Of a stretch of 64,000 nt of DNA, positions 49,960 through 61,341 are shown in pieces. Source of the DNA: Psammoneis japonica (lineage: Eukaryota); assembly GCA_008632985.1 (NCBI GenBank), contig QPGO01000026.1, positions 186,001 through 250,000 of the forward strand, given 5' to 3'. The notes beneath the pieces are model-generated. The model made no database searches, was not told the DNA's origin, and saw only the letters and a program-made list of their open reading frames with translations. Numbering within the stretch: the first letter of the stretch is position 1; each line of letters opens with the position of its first letter. The translations under genes were made by a program, and so were the position numbers.

Positions 49960-50817
49960 TCACCACGACTCAAGTGCGGCGGATAGACCATCACTCCAGC
50001 AAGTACACCCAGCAGGCCGTCAAGAACGTTGAGGTGGTGCATCTGGGTGAACGCTGCCCTGGACGGACATTGCCATGTCGAACATTGATCTGATGATGGA
50101 GGTTTCTGAGCTCTCCTCATTTCTTGTTGTGCCCAGGGAGGGTCACCTTGAGGCTGTCTTCCATGTCTGTGGACACCTCAAGGTGAGACATGATGCCAGG
50201 TTGGTGTGTTTGACCCAACACAACCGGACATTGATGTGTCTGACTTCAAGGAATGTGACTGGAAGCTATTTTGTGAGGACGTGCAAGAAGCAATCCCACC
50301 CAATGTGCCAGAACCTCTGGGCTTGGAGGCAGATCTGTGCTTGTTCATGTTGACTCAGACCATGCAAATGACTGGTTGACAAGGCACTCACGTGCCGGCT
50401 GTTTCACCTGCATGAACATGGCTTTGGCAGTGTGGTTTTCCAAGTGCCAAAGTGCGATTGAAACCTTGGTTGTCAGGGCCAAGTTCATGGCCATGAAACA
50501 AGGCATGGAGTCATTGCATGGCCTGTGGCACAAGTTGCAGATGACAGGTGCACCATTGTCTGGTCTGGTCTGCATCTGTGGGGACAACATGTCAGTCGTC
50601 CACAACACACAAAGTCCAGAGTCTGTTTTGAAGAAGAAGTTGAACTAAATTTGCTGCCGTGCCTGCCATGAGGAAATTGGCAGCAATGTGTGAGTCACTC
50701 ACTGGACACATTTGTTTGGAATGCAACCCTGCAGATCTTGTGGCTGAGATCATGTGTGGTGACATGAAGTGAGACAGACTTGTGGGGATGATCCTCCGTG
50801 ACATTTGTGAAGACTGA
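49960..50817 (+). mobile_element. Ty1/Copia (CoDi-like) RT-RNase H remnant, heavily mutated
   Basis: PSKYTQQAVKNVE, PREGHLEAV, HVDSDHA..TRHSR, WFSK.Q..IET, GDNMSVVHNTQSPESVLKKK. Confidence 0.88.
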
Positions 50818-51539
50818 AAGTCCATCACATCTGGTTCCCTTTCTTCCATGGGGGTCAGTGCAGGACACCAGGGTTTCTTTGTCATGTTGGAATGACTGAA
50901 TGTGGCCAGAGAGCAAATTGGGTCAAGCCAACTCATTGTCCAATTTATTGACTTGAAGGGGACTGAAGAATTCACCCCCTGCGATCAACTCGAGTTGGGT
51001 TTTTGTGCCTCATCATTGGCAATTGGGCACCAAGCAGTTCCTCAGGTTTAGATCTCACTTCTAGAAATGGCAGCACGATGTTGCATGCTTTCTTTCAGTT
51101 TTGTCCCTCTGGTGCACGCAACTGCAGGGTGATTTGTTCACATCAGACATCTTGAAGAAACTGTTCATGCATCAATGGAAAGCCCAAGTTTGCATGATTT
51201 GCATCTCTTGCAGTCCTGAGTTGCAAAAGTTGGCTGCATTCTTTCTAAAAAAGTTCACAATCACCAACAACTGAGTGGTCAATGAAAGCATGATCAACAA
51301 TCAAGAGTCGCGGATCTGGACCACAGATTGCAGATTGATTGATTGTGACACTCTCAGTGCCTTGCCGCCTGTGTTGTTGTCACTGTCTCCATTCCTGCAT
51401 CATTTTCATTGCTTGCATTGCACTGACTCTTCTGGAAAGCAGCCACAGTCTTCAACAGTCCATTCCTGTTGCTGTGCTTGGCTTGGTTGCATCTCGTTTT
51501 TGGTTGTGTGTGTGCAGATGGGTCACATGCATGATTTTG

Positions 51540-51800
51540 CAACAGCATGAAACTCAAAGAAGCCTGCCGTCATCTCCGGGAAAATGACCCCACACATTCT
51601 CTCCTCCTGGCAACATTGATGACAATGGTGCAAAAGTGCTTGCAAAGGCACTTGCAACCAACTCCATGGTGCAAAAGCTCTGTCTTGCAAACAACCAAAT
51701 TGGTGATGCCGGTGCAAAAGCACTTGCAACGGCACTTGCAACCAACTCCACATTGCAAAAGGAGCTCCATCTCTTTGCAACAACCAAGTCAGTGTCAACG
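51540..51800 (+). pseudogene. Leucine-rich-repeat (RI/NLRC3-like) gene fragment
   Basis: NSMVQKLCLANNQIGDAGAKALATALATNSTLQ. Confidence 0.7.
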
Positions 51801-51833
51801 GTGAAAAAGTGTTGCTGCAATCCCTGCAACAAC

Positions 51834-52465
51834 TCAATGTGAGGCATTTTGCAACCTGGAATGTGGAACAGCCACTGTTTTTGTGCTGTGGTGCTCCTCG
51901 GCAGGCATTGCTGGCTGGGCATCATGTGTCCAGGCTTGCATGTCAAAGCTGCAGCCCCCATCATGGAGGCAGTGCATGTTGCCAAGAGTTTTCTTCTTGG
52001 CGCACCTTGTGACGGGATGTTCACAAAACTGTCTGACATGTCTCACATTGTCCGGTGCCTTTGTCATGGCACCGCTGCAATCACAGATTGGTGTGGGGTT
52101 GCCAAAGGCATCCACAGCATTGTCACAACACTCTCCATTGTGACAGCACCCATTGTTCCTCCCATCATCACATTCCTCAAAACTGCGCCTGCACCTCAAT
52201 CCCATGTGTTTGGGGGCACAGATGCAGTGGCATCCCCCCGGACTTTTTGTCAAGACATGAAAGGAAAGAAAAGGTCCATTTGAAAGGACGTGATTTGAAA
52301 AATCCTCATCACCCACAACACACAAGAGACTGCCATTGTCACATTTCAAGGTTGCATCTGGCTCAGCACTGCAATCCAAATCACACTGTGCACTTGACTT
52401 TGCCAGCATGCTCAGCAGCACCACAACGGATGATGAATCAATGCAACGAGAAGCGACTCCCATCT
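51834..52465 (-). pseudogene. EGF-like repeat secreted protein, decayed
   Basis: Signal-like start, CICAPKHMGLRC, CHNGEC, CDC...FCE, CLHDGGC. Confidence 0.6.
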
Positions 52466-55048
52466 TGAATCTAACAGGATGCATTTGTGTTGGTGCAGTG
52501 GTGCTTTGTTCTGCATTGAAGATGTGTTTTGCGTCGCTGTTTTTTGAGTTGAAATTGTTTCCATTGAAGCATCTTGTCTTTCTCAGCGATGATCCAATGC
52601 AAATTGGTGTGCTTGCCACAAGATGAGAATGCTGCCGGTATGATGTTGGATTGTGTGTGCTTCATGCTTTAAAAAAAATGAAGGAACATGTCCGGTCAGG
52701 TGCTTGCAATGTGTTCAGCATGCATGACGCCCAGATGATTGGAAGAACATGGCCAGTGCAGTTGCAGCTCTCTGCTCTACTCTGCTGGCAAACGCTGCAA
52801 AGAACAGCAACATGCCATGAGGATCTGTCCAAACACATTGTCTGCTGCTCAATTGCTCACAGACGCTGCCGTTGAGATGCAACCACACGTCAAGCCACTG
52901 CATCATTTTGTTTGTTTCCTCTCCAGACCTGACTGGATGTGGAAAGTTCCAGAAACAGATTTTCCCAAAACAACAAATGGCATTGTAAGACTTGTGTCAT
53001 GTGGAACATTGGCCCAGAAAGCCATTGCAAGCTTCAGCAGTCAAAGACATTCACGCTGGAAAATGACAAGCAAAATGAAAATGTGAGTAGAGCAATGCAC
53101 ACAATGACAATCCGTTGGGATCACGTGATGTCACAGCGCACTCATTGGGGCACCTTTTAGAGGGAGAGCTGGGTTGCCTTCCCAGCGGTTTGTGGCATCT
53201 GTGCATCCAAAAGAGAAGGCAACGAGCCTGCCAACACAAGCCTCAACCTCCCCATTTCACCCATTGCAAAGCCTGGGCGTGTCGGCACACTGCCAAGATC
53301 TCCCCAAATAACTTGGACAATGTTGTGTCTTAGGCTGTGAAGATGATTCCGTTGCATGGCAGGAAGAAAGGCTCATTGCAGACCAGATGCCTGCACACAT
53401 GAACAAGACACACAAAAAAAGGCTCGTGAGGCACATGAGGACTTTCATCAAAATGACTCTAAAACTCAATCAATCACAACACACTCACAGGATTGTCTTT
53501 TTTGGACTGTGATGAGACTGTCTTACAAGTGCCAATGTCGCAAGTGTCCTCCAGGCTCCATCGCGCTGTTTTGTTTCCACGGTGTGCACTTTTGAGAAAT
53601 TGACACGCCCGAAAAATGACACACCATTGTCGTGCACCAACCAAGCCCCCAAGAAGGACATCAAATGAGTCACAAATCCATCAATGTGCACAACAGGTGC
53701 ACAAAAGGATGTGGAGTGGGGCGAAGCATGAGGCTCCCAAAGGGACAAGCTGTGGTGGTGCAACACTGTGAAAAGTCGCCAATGTTGCCGAGACAATCAA
53801 TCGACCTTGCAAGCTGTGACAAAATGCAACAACAATCTTTGGCAAGCATTCAAACAGCGTGGCAATGTTGTCGACCACTCAGATGTCACCCGTGCCATGC
53901 CACATTTCTTGAGCTGCAAGTCAAGATGCGCAACCGTTTGTGGCATGTGTGGCAACCAAATCACCCCAGGAGACCAAATCAATGCATCAACTTCTTTGTG
54001 ACAACAACAGAAAGAGATCACCCATGAAAAATGCGTCTGCCCCATGATGCATGCCATGGCGAGATACATCGAAGTGCAGTGTGCATGGCCATTTCAAATC
54101 AGGAGCGTTTGAGTGGAGTGAAGGAAACAAAGAGGATTCCTCCTCAAGGCGTCCTCATCAAATTTGAACCAAAATGGACCATTGCTTTCTACGTGTCCTT
54201 GTAAAAAATGGCATTGCGTCCTTGTCAAATCCCATTTAAGTTCCAGCATAAATCCCACAGGCAAAAGAAATTTGTGTGGAAATTGTTGCACTGAAAGAGT
54301 CTGTCAATCTGTGCGTTAGGTTGTTTTGGTGAATGCTGGACAGACTCGTCTTCTTTTGCATGCGACGGTCTGTCCATGGCAGCGAAGTTTTTTTTGCTGT
54401 TCAAAAATCTCCATGCTAGCAGCTCCCAAAAGTCTGCCCGCTGCAAAAGTCTGCCCGTGAAACCGCGCAGATTTTCGGCGCTGATGCCAGAAACCAAAAA
54501 ATCCTGCCGGCACCACATCGGCTGTCGATCACAATGGCGTTCATTTAAATCGACGCCTCGTCCAGTGATGCAGTCGTTGCCTTTCTCACTGTGCAGGAGA
54601 GCCAAATGTGTGTCGGTGCAAGAATCTGAGCCTTTTGAACTAAAAAAAAAACGAGAAAAACGAGCTGGCGCAACAATCAGAGTCTTGTGAATGCACGCGT
54701 CAAAGATGAACAGGCCAAACGGATGGAGAGTCAACGACGGTGAGTCTTGACAAGGCATTGACGGTTTCTTCATTGGTGTCCATACAAAATCCATTCACAG
54801 ACATCGGGATGTCGTTCAAAATTTAATTTCTTTTCGTTGTGCATGCTTTTTCAGCGACGAGTCTTGACAACGCATCGACCATTTGTTCATTGATGACCAT
54901 GTAGAGACCAGTCAACGAATGTCAAGACTTCAATTTAAAAACACATTGGTGCGTTTTGAAATTCGATTTTGAAATGTAATCTGCTCATTTTTTGTTCGTT
55001 CAGTGCTCATAATTTTCACAATCCCATTTTTAACACTTACTTTTCTAT

Positions 55049-58000
55049 CATGACAGCCTCGAAAGCGCAGCGGACATCTTCAACAAAGAAGAAAAAGCGC
55101 ATTGAAGCATGCTCTTCTCTCCTGGCTAGTGGCCAAGTTCTCTCCACTGTTGCTAGTGTAGCAAATGCTGCATGTGATCGTGTGGATGAAGGGAGCAAGC
55201 ACAAGGCGAAACGAATGTTGAAAGAAATTAGCAAGGTCGCAGAAGTGGCTGCAGCCACTCCCTCGGATCGTAACATATTTCAACTGGCGCACAGACAGCT
55301 TTCTACGTGATTTCTACGTACCTCGTACGAATCACGTAGCCGTAACAGCACAAAACGTCTGGCCTCCACCCCAATCCTATGCCGGTAACACTCCACACTT
55401 ACTCCCGCCTATTTATTGTACCGGCCGGTACCAAGAGGTTCGATTCTTCATGCTTTTGAACTTCATTCAGCACCCCGTCTACTCACCACCAGTCCAAAAC
55501 AACACGAGTGCATCTCTTTCAACTGGAAAGTTGATTGACAGAAGAGTGAAGAAAGATCTCTTTCAGAACTTTTACTCTCTTGACTGTACCAGCATAATGT
55601 AAGTGTGACGAATCGGGAAACTCGGGTCGAGTCGTCGACACGGCCGGATTGAAGTCAAAAGGAGCTCCGCAAGAAAACAAATAAAGAGCTAAGAGAGTTA
55701 TACTAAAACTGTAAAAAGATGACAGCTCGATTCCCAGATAAAGGTGACTCGATGCAAACAATCGATGCTACTCATTGCATGGAGTGATCTGAGTAACAAA
55801 CCCCGGCCAATCGCACGATACTTTGCACCTCGGACAAGAATAAAGCCCTCCCAACAGCATCTGAATAATTCCCATAGGAGTGATGTTTCTGTCACCAATC
55901 TTCTCCAAATCAAACATTGCCAGCATAACCACGTACACGTCCTTTTCCCACCTGCAAATGCTCCTTGAAACCAACTGATCCACCACGAATGACGTTGTTG
56001 TAACCTGCAAAGATGTCCTCCAAGAGATTGATATCTTTCGACCTCCTAATGATACCATGTTTTCTGGGTTGTCAAATAGATCAGGGTGTCCATAATGTCA
56101 TCGGATGCAGAGAGGTCTTCAAGGAATTTCTTGCAAGGCCGCCTAGTTTGCCAGAGAACTCACACACCGTGTTTTAATACATGATCCATGAACACCACTG
56201 CTTGTATCATCAATATATTCCATAAAGTAAATCATGAGGCCCTTTCGTGGGGAAGAATCTGTGTGCGGACCGAGAAACAAACAGAATAAGTGCCGGACCG
56301 CTGTCGTCTGTTGGAAACACACCAACCACGAGTCGCGACGTCCAGAGTCCAGAGCTCGTCTCAAACACTCCAAAGGTGCCCCACACATCAGCGCCTTTTA
56401 TCTATATTTATTATGAAACGAATGAGGCATAGGTAAAGGGATGAGAGGAGGGAAATAATAACAAACTCGACGAAACATACCGGAACGACGACAACAGCGG
56501 CAGACTCATACACCGAAGGAATCGAAATCGATATTCTTGCGCGGAGTGGCACTTGTCAAAATTCAGCCAACACGTAATGGTGCTATAGACAAATGTCGAC
56601 AATATCCTGAGTGACTCACCTCGTGAAAACAGGTGACAACGACGGTGGACGCGAAACAAATTCGCCATGGTGGCTACGCAAATTCTGCGTAGAATTTTTC
56701 GTTTTTGTACCAGGAACCAAAAAAATCGCACGTTGCGATTTTTTTAAGCTGTGCCAGTTAGCCTGGTACAGCGATATGTTACGATCCGTGGGAGGTCTTC
56801 TCTGTCTTTTTCCGTACCACTTACAGACCTCCCAGTTGGGAGTGGGCTGCAGCCACTGTAAAATCCAAGACGAAACAGGTCAATGATGAATCCGTGTCTG
56901 CAATAGAGTACGTCCAACACACTCTTAGAAAAGAGCAACAGATGCGGCAGAAGGCTGCTGCTTTGACGCCAGAGGAACGCAGTCGAGCCGAGCTTCGTGA
57001 CCACATTGTGAAGAACAAGGAGAACTTGAGAAGTGCCAAGAAGAAAAGGTCCAGTGGCACGACGAGTGCAGCTGTTGTCCTTCGGAAGCCAGCGATCGAG
57101 ACACAGAGTAGACTTCGCTACAAGGGCCCCAAAACATCACCGGATGCAGCACAGAGTAGCACAGATGACGTGCAGAGTAGAACGGCGTTGCCGTCGGCAC
57201 CACCGCCTCTCAACCGGCAAATCTGTTCTCCAATGGAGGCAGCCACGATGCCACTTGGCATTAAAAATGGCAAGGTGCGGGCTGCGATTTGATGACATTG
57301 GATTGCCAAAAACCTTGTTCCCATCAAGGAGTGTGCCGTGAAAGCTCTGTGCACTCGTGTGAAGAGAAAGCAGCCGATGCGAGAATGCTGGCAGGATTTT
57401 GGTCGGCCGCGGAAGCTGCGCAGGTCTGAGATTGTGAGTTTTGGCGATTCACTCATCTGCAACAACTTTGGTAAAGTGGTTGCAGCGGAAACATGGAGAG
57501 ATGCCATGATTGCAAAGGAGAAGCGTGAGGCCGAAGCCAGAGGTGCTCACCCTGAAACGATCAATGCGAAACCGGCATCGGCAACGACGATTGAGCGGCA
57601 CATGCTGTTTCACGCTTGCCAATCTGTGATGAACATCTCTCCCGTAGAGTGCATCTCATCCAAATTGGAATCACGACAGATTGCGGAAAGGAGCTTCATG
57701 AGTGCCGTGGCTCTTGCCGTTGTTGTCACAGGAACTCACTTCTGGCCCTGCCCGCCGGGTCAGGAAGCATTTCAGCCACTCGACAAGGCAACAAAAGGTG
57801 CCAAGCTCGAATGCCAACTTGCGAAAGAGGCATTCGGTGGTGCGCCTCTCCAGTGTGTCTTTCCATCACTGGTGACGTCTGCGGATGACATGACTCTGTT
57901 TGTCTTTAAAGGCATCAAGGAAAAGGGAAAGAGTGACAAGCTCATGACAGCTCATGGAGATGACATCAAGGGAAGTGGAGTCCGCAGTCTAGTCGATCCA

Positions 58001-60625
58001 AACAAACCAGTTTCATGCCTGAATGGAAGACGCATTAAGTTAGGAACAACAGGCAGCAGCATGGGAGGGTCGGCGCCACGGCACATTGTTGTCACTGTTT
58101 CAGAGAACGAACTGCCATCTGAGCATGCGCCCGATGGCTTTTTACCCATGAAGGTTGAAGGACTTGCAGGCACCGGAACGACTGGCTTCATTGTGTTTCT
58201 CCGCTCTGACGGCACAAACTCTGTCCATGTCAGCAGGTTCCTGCATCAACAAGAGCACTCACTCTTCCAGTTCCTGCAGCAGGTGCGGGCGAAGCAATTT
58301 GACCGTGCCCCTGGAGAGAAAGGACACGACATTCCGTCAGAATTGCGAGCTGTCTGCTGGAGTGACGGAGCGCAAGATCAGCTGGAGGCCACAACTGTTT
58401 CATTGAACGAGTGGAAGAAACAAAAGGCTGCAGCTAACAAACAGAATCCAGCGCGGAGTGGGACGGAGCAAGGTGAAGATTTATCTTCCAAACACCCAAT
58501 TGTTCGTACGGAATCCGAATGCAACTCGGCTTTGATGGACGACGAGCATTTAAAGTCGCCAATCCAACGCCAGTTGGAGTCTGCTTTTTCCCAGTTCAGA
58601 GGGAAAATCAATCTGCCGGCTCTACACAGGGACGCAATCATAGACTTCGCAGCCACGTTTCCAGATGTATGGGCAAAGGCGTTCACATCTAGCAACGTTC
58701 GGAAGGGGATGGAGGAAAATGGCAGGGTCGACACAGGTGCACGGAGGTCTCCAGACATTCATCAGATGCTCTGTGGTGCGACTCGCAGAGAAGTTTCAAA
58801 AGAGGAAATGGGCAATCTGTTCAGCCGGGATGATGATTTTGTAAACTACGTCAGTGGCTTGTTGGGTTCAGAGAATCCCCGGCATCCCCTTGAATCCCGT
58901 AAAACTCCGTCAAAGTTTGTCTGTCTTGTTCAGCATTTTCTTGAGAAAGGGTTTGTCCCCGATGAGTTTTTTGAGCAAGCTGGAATTGAACAAGACAGAA
59001 ACTCAAAAGGAGAAGTTGTTCCCCGAGACTTCCCGATCACAAACGAGTCTCGCCAGAGGGCTAAATCTTTGACCCATGACAACTCTGTGTCGGAGCGATT
59101 TGCAGTGTCACAGGAAATTGCGACGGCAGATAGAGCAAACGCCACGGCTGAAATGGTGGCTCGTAACACGTTGCTCCAAGAGAATCTTGCGTGTGAGCAG
59201 GTGGTGGCAAAGCTGCACGAGACTCGCACTGGGATGCCCTTGTCAACTGTTGCCAATGCAACCGTGAAAGATTTCCATCACAGCACCAAAGTCAAGGCCA
59301 AGCATTTGCAGGCCTTCACACATGTGCGAACTTTCGAGACAAGCAAGAAGACGAAGGAAGCCGGCTCGTGGCCGAATGAAGGGACCGTTGCAGATGCAGA
59401 GAATGGGAAAGACACCCTTGTCATGCGTGCGTTTAACTGCCGAACCAAAAATCCAATTCTGCAGCAGTTGAACGAGACTGACGTGAGCGACCGCGCTGCA
59501 CAGGCACACCAAGATAAGGAAAATAGACGCGTCACCCTGGAGACAGTTGCTGCCACTAAGATGGTGTCTGTTGGCAGCCCCTCTTTTGACGACAACAAAT
59601 TCGAGATGTCTGCGGCATGGTTGACCATGAGCAAAGTGGCATTCAATGGTGTCGGGCGAGCTCAAGCCGACACAGCAGCAAATGCACAGGAAATCGATGT
59701 CAACAAGCTGCAACTCGAGATTGATTCCCTTTGTCAGTGTCTGTGGGTGCGTCTAAAAAATCACATGCAGAATTGTGTGAAAAGCAACCTCAGAGATCAC
59801 TGGGTTTGGCGATTTGCTCGTGCAAACCTTTCGAGAGCTGCGGCAATCATGGTGCTCAGTGGACACGTCCACAAAGATTTGCGTCGATTTGTGAATCGTC
59901 TGACGACTTGCCTTCTGCTCAACCCTGAAAATGCCCCCTTTGAACTGCTCATTGATGAGAATGGAGAACCAATGGAGCTGTCGACGAAGGAGCAATGTGC
60001 CCACATCATTTGGGACATTGAGTTGCAGACATGGATCCGCAGCGGCAAAGCCAGTCGCCCCTTCTGGCTTCGACACAAGGATCATGAGAAGGGCAGCCTG
60101 CTCACAACGGAAGCATCACGAGAATCTCATTATCACCTTTGTTGCCCCTCCAAGGAGTCAGATGCACAGCATCATGAAAATCGCATCGGCTGGTTTGAGA
60201 ACCTCCAGATGTTTTGTGCCGCCGGATGTGAAAAGAGTGCAAGCGGTGCTGCGCATCTCTGCGAACAAGGGGGGTTGTTTGAATGGTCATTCAAGGTCGA
60301 ACAAAAAATGAAGCATTGTCAGTCATCAACGGCAAAGAAGGAGAGGAAGCTCCTTCTGGTTGACCACTTGATGGAACCATGCTGCGACTTGGCCATGTCC
60401 CCTGTGGACAATGTCTCTCGCAGCCCGGGATTTGAGACCTTTCTCAATTCCATGCACAGGCAGATGTTGTGTTTGTACAACAGGAAGTCAACTTGTTTCA
60501 TCTGTGTCGGTGTTCATTGTTTTTTAGTCTACACTCGTTTTAGTCACCTGCTTCGAAACCCTTTTGCTCTTTTGCTGCCGAGCACAGTAAACAACCGTGT
60601 GTTGTTACGTGGTCGAAAAATTTAG
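55049..60625 (+). pseudogene. Large pogo-like transposase, interrupted by an insertion and by TGA-TGA at 57290-57295
   Basis: ORFs 55049-, 56894- and 57338- join in one frame after removing 55256-56853; VTSADD, WSDG, EQGED, AFTSSNVRKG motifs. Confidence 0.7.
55256..56844. mobile_element. Non-autonomous DNA transposon with 9-bp TSD GGCTGCAGC (MULE-like)
   Basis: ggctgcagc|cactccc...gggagtg|ggctgcagc; inner inverted match cggatcgtaacatat; excision restores EVAAATVKSK. Confidence 0.88.
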
Positions 60626-61341
60626 CATACTTTCTGTCACAGTTCCGGCAAAAGTCTGCCCGGGCAGACTTTTGGGAGCTGCTAGCATGTGCCGGAGGTA
60701 TGTAAACAGTAGCGAAGTTATTTTTGCTATTGAAAAATCTCGACACCAAAAATACTTATCGAAAATCGGCTTTCGTCAGTCACTAAAACACACCCAGTTG
60801 CAGCGACTGACGAAAGCCTTTTTTCGATATCTTCAGTTGTAAGAGCTGTAGAGCAAGAGCAAAGTATAGAAACAAGGTGTCCCATAAGTAATTTATATAG
60901 TATACAATCCTGGATGAGATTTCGGAACTCCGGATTAAATGTCAAATTTATGATACGATTAATGTTTGTATATAAATATAAAAATCAATTAAAAAAGGCG
61001 ATATAACCGTTATTTTTCTTTAAATAAATACCAAATTTTCAACGACAAACATTCGCTTTCCGCTCACTCCGACCGATACAACATGCGTTTGACCTTGTTC
61101 AGCTCGTCGAGAGCTTTCCACCGATATATGGGTCTTGGGGTCTGTGAGGCGATCCTGAAAAAAAGTTCGCTACTATTCACATACCTCCGGTACCATTGAC
61201 AGACTGTCGGTACGCAAAAATTGTACTTGCAAAACCCCCAAACGCACTGACGGGCAGACTTTTTTCAGCCAGCGGCTATGGGCGGCTGGAGCAGGAGTCG
61301 TCTTCCCCCAGATTGCCGAGATTTTTCTGCGGGTCAACACC

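Larger units (their letters stand above)
54412..60689 (+). mobile_element. pogo/DDE_1-like DNA transposon with perfect 29-bp TIRs
   Basis: catgctagcagctcccaaaagtctgcccg at 54412-54440 and its exact reverse complement at 60661-60689; extra caaaagtctgcccg sub-repeats at both ends. Confidence 0.85.

Noticed and set aside
21389..56844. 35-kb element defined by the inverted cactcccaactgggag ends
   Set aside because: No shared TSD, and the 56844 end already pairs with 55256 through a 9-bp TSD
1..60625. Hundreds of overlapping Cys/His-rich ORFs in all six frames
   Set aside because: Expected by-product of losing TAA/TAG stops and Tyr codons; not independent genes
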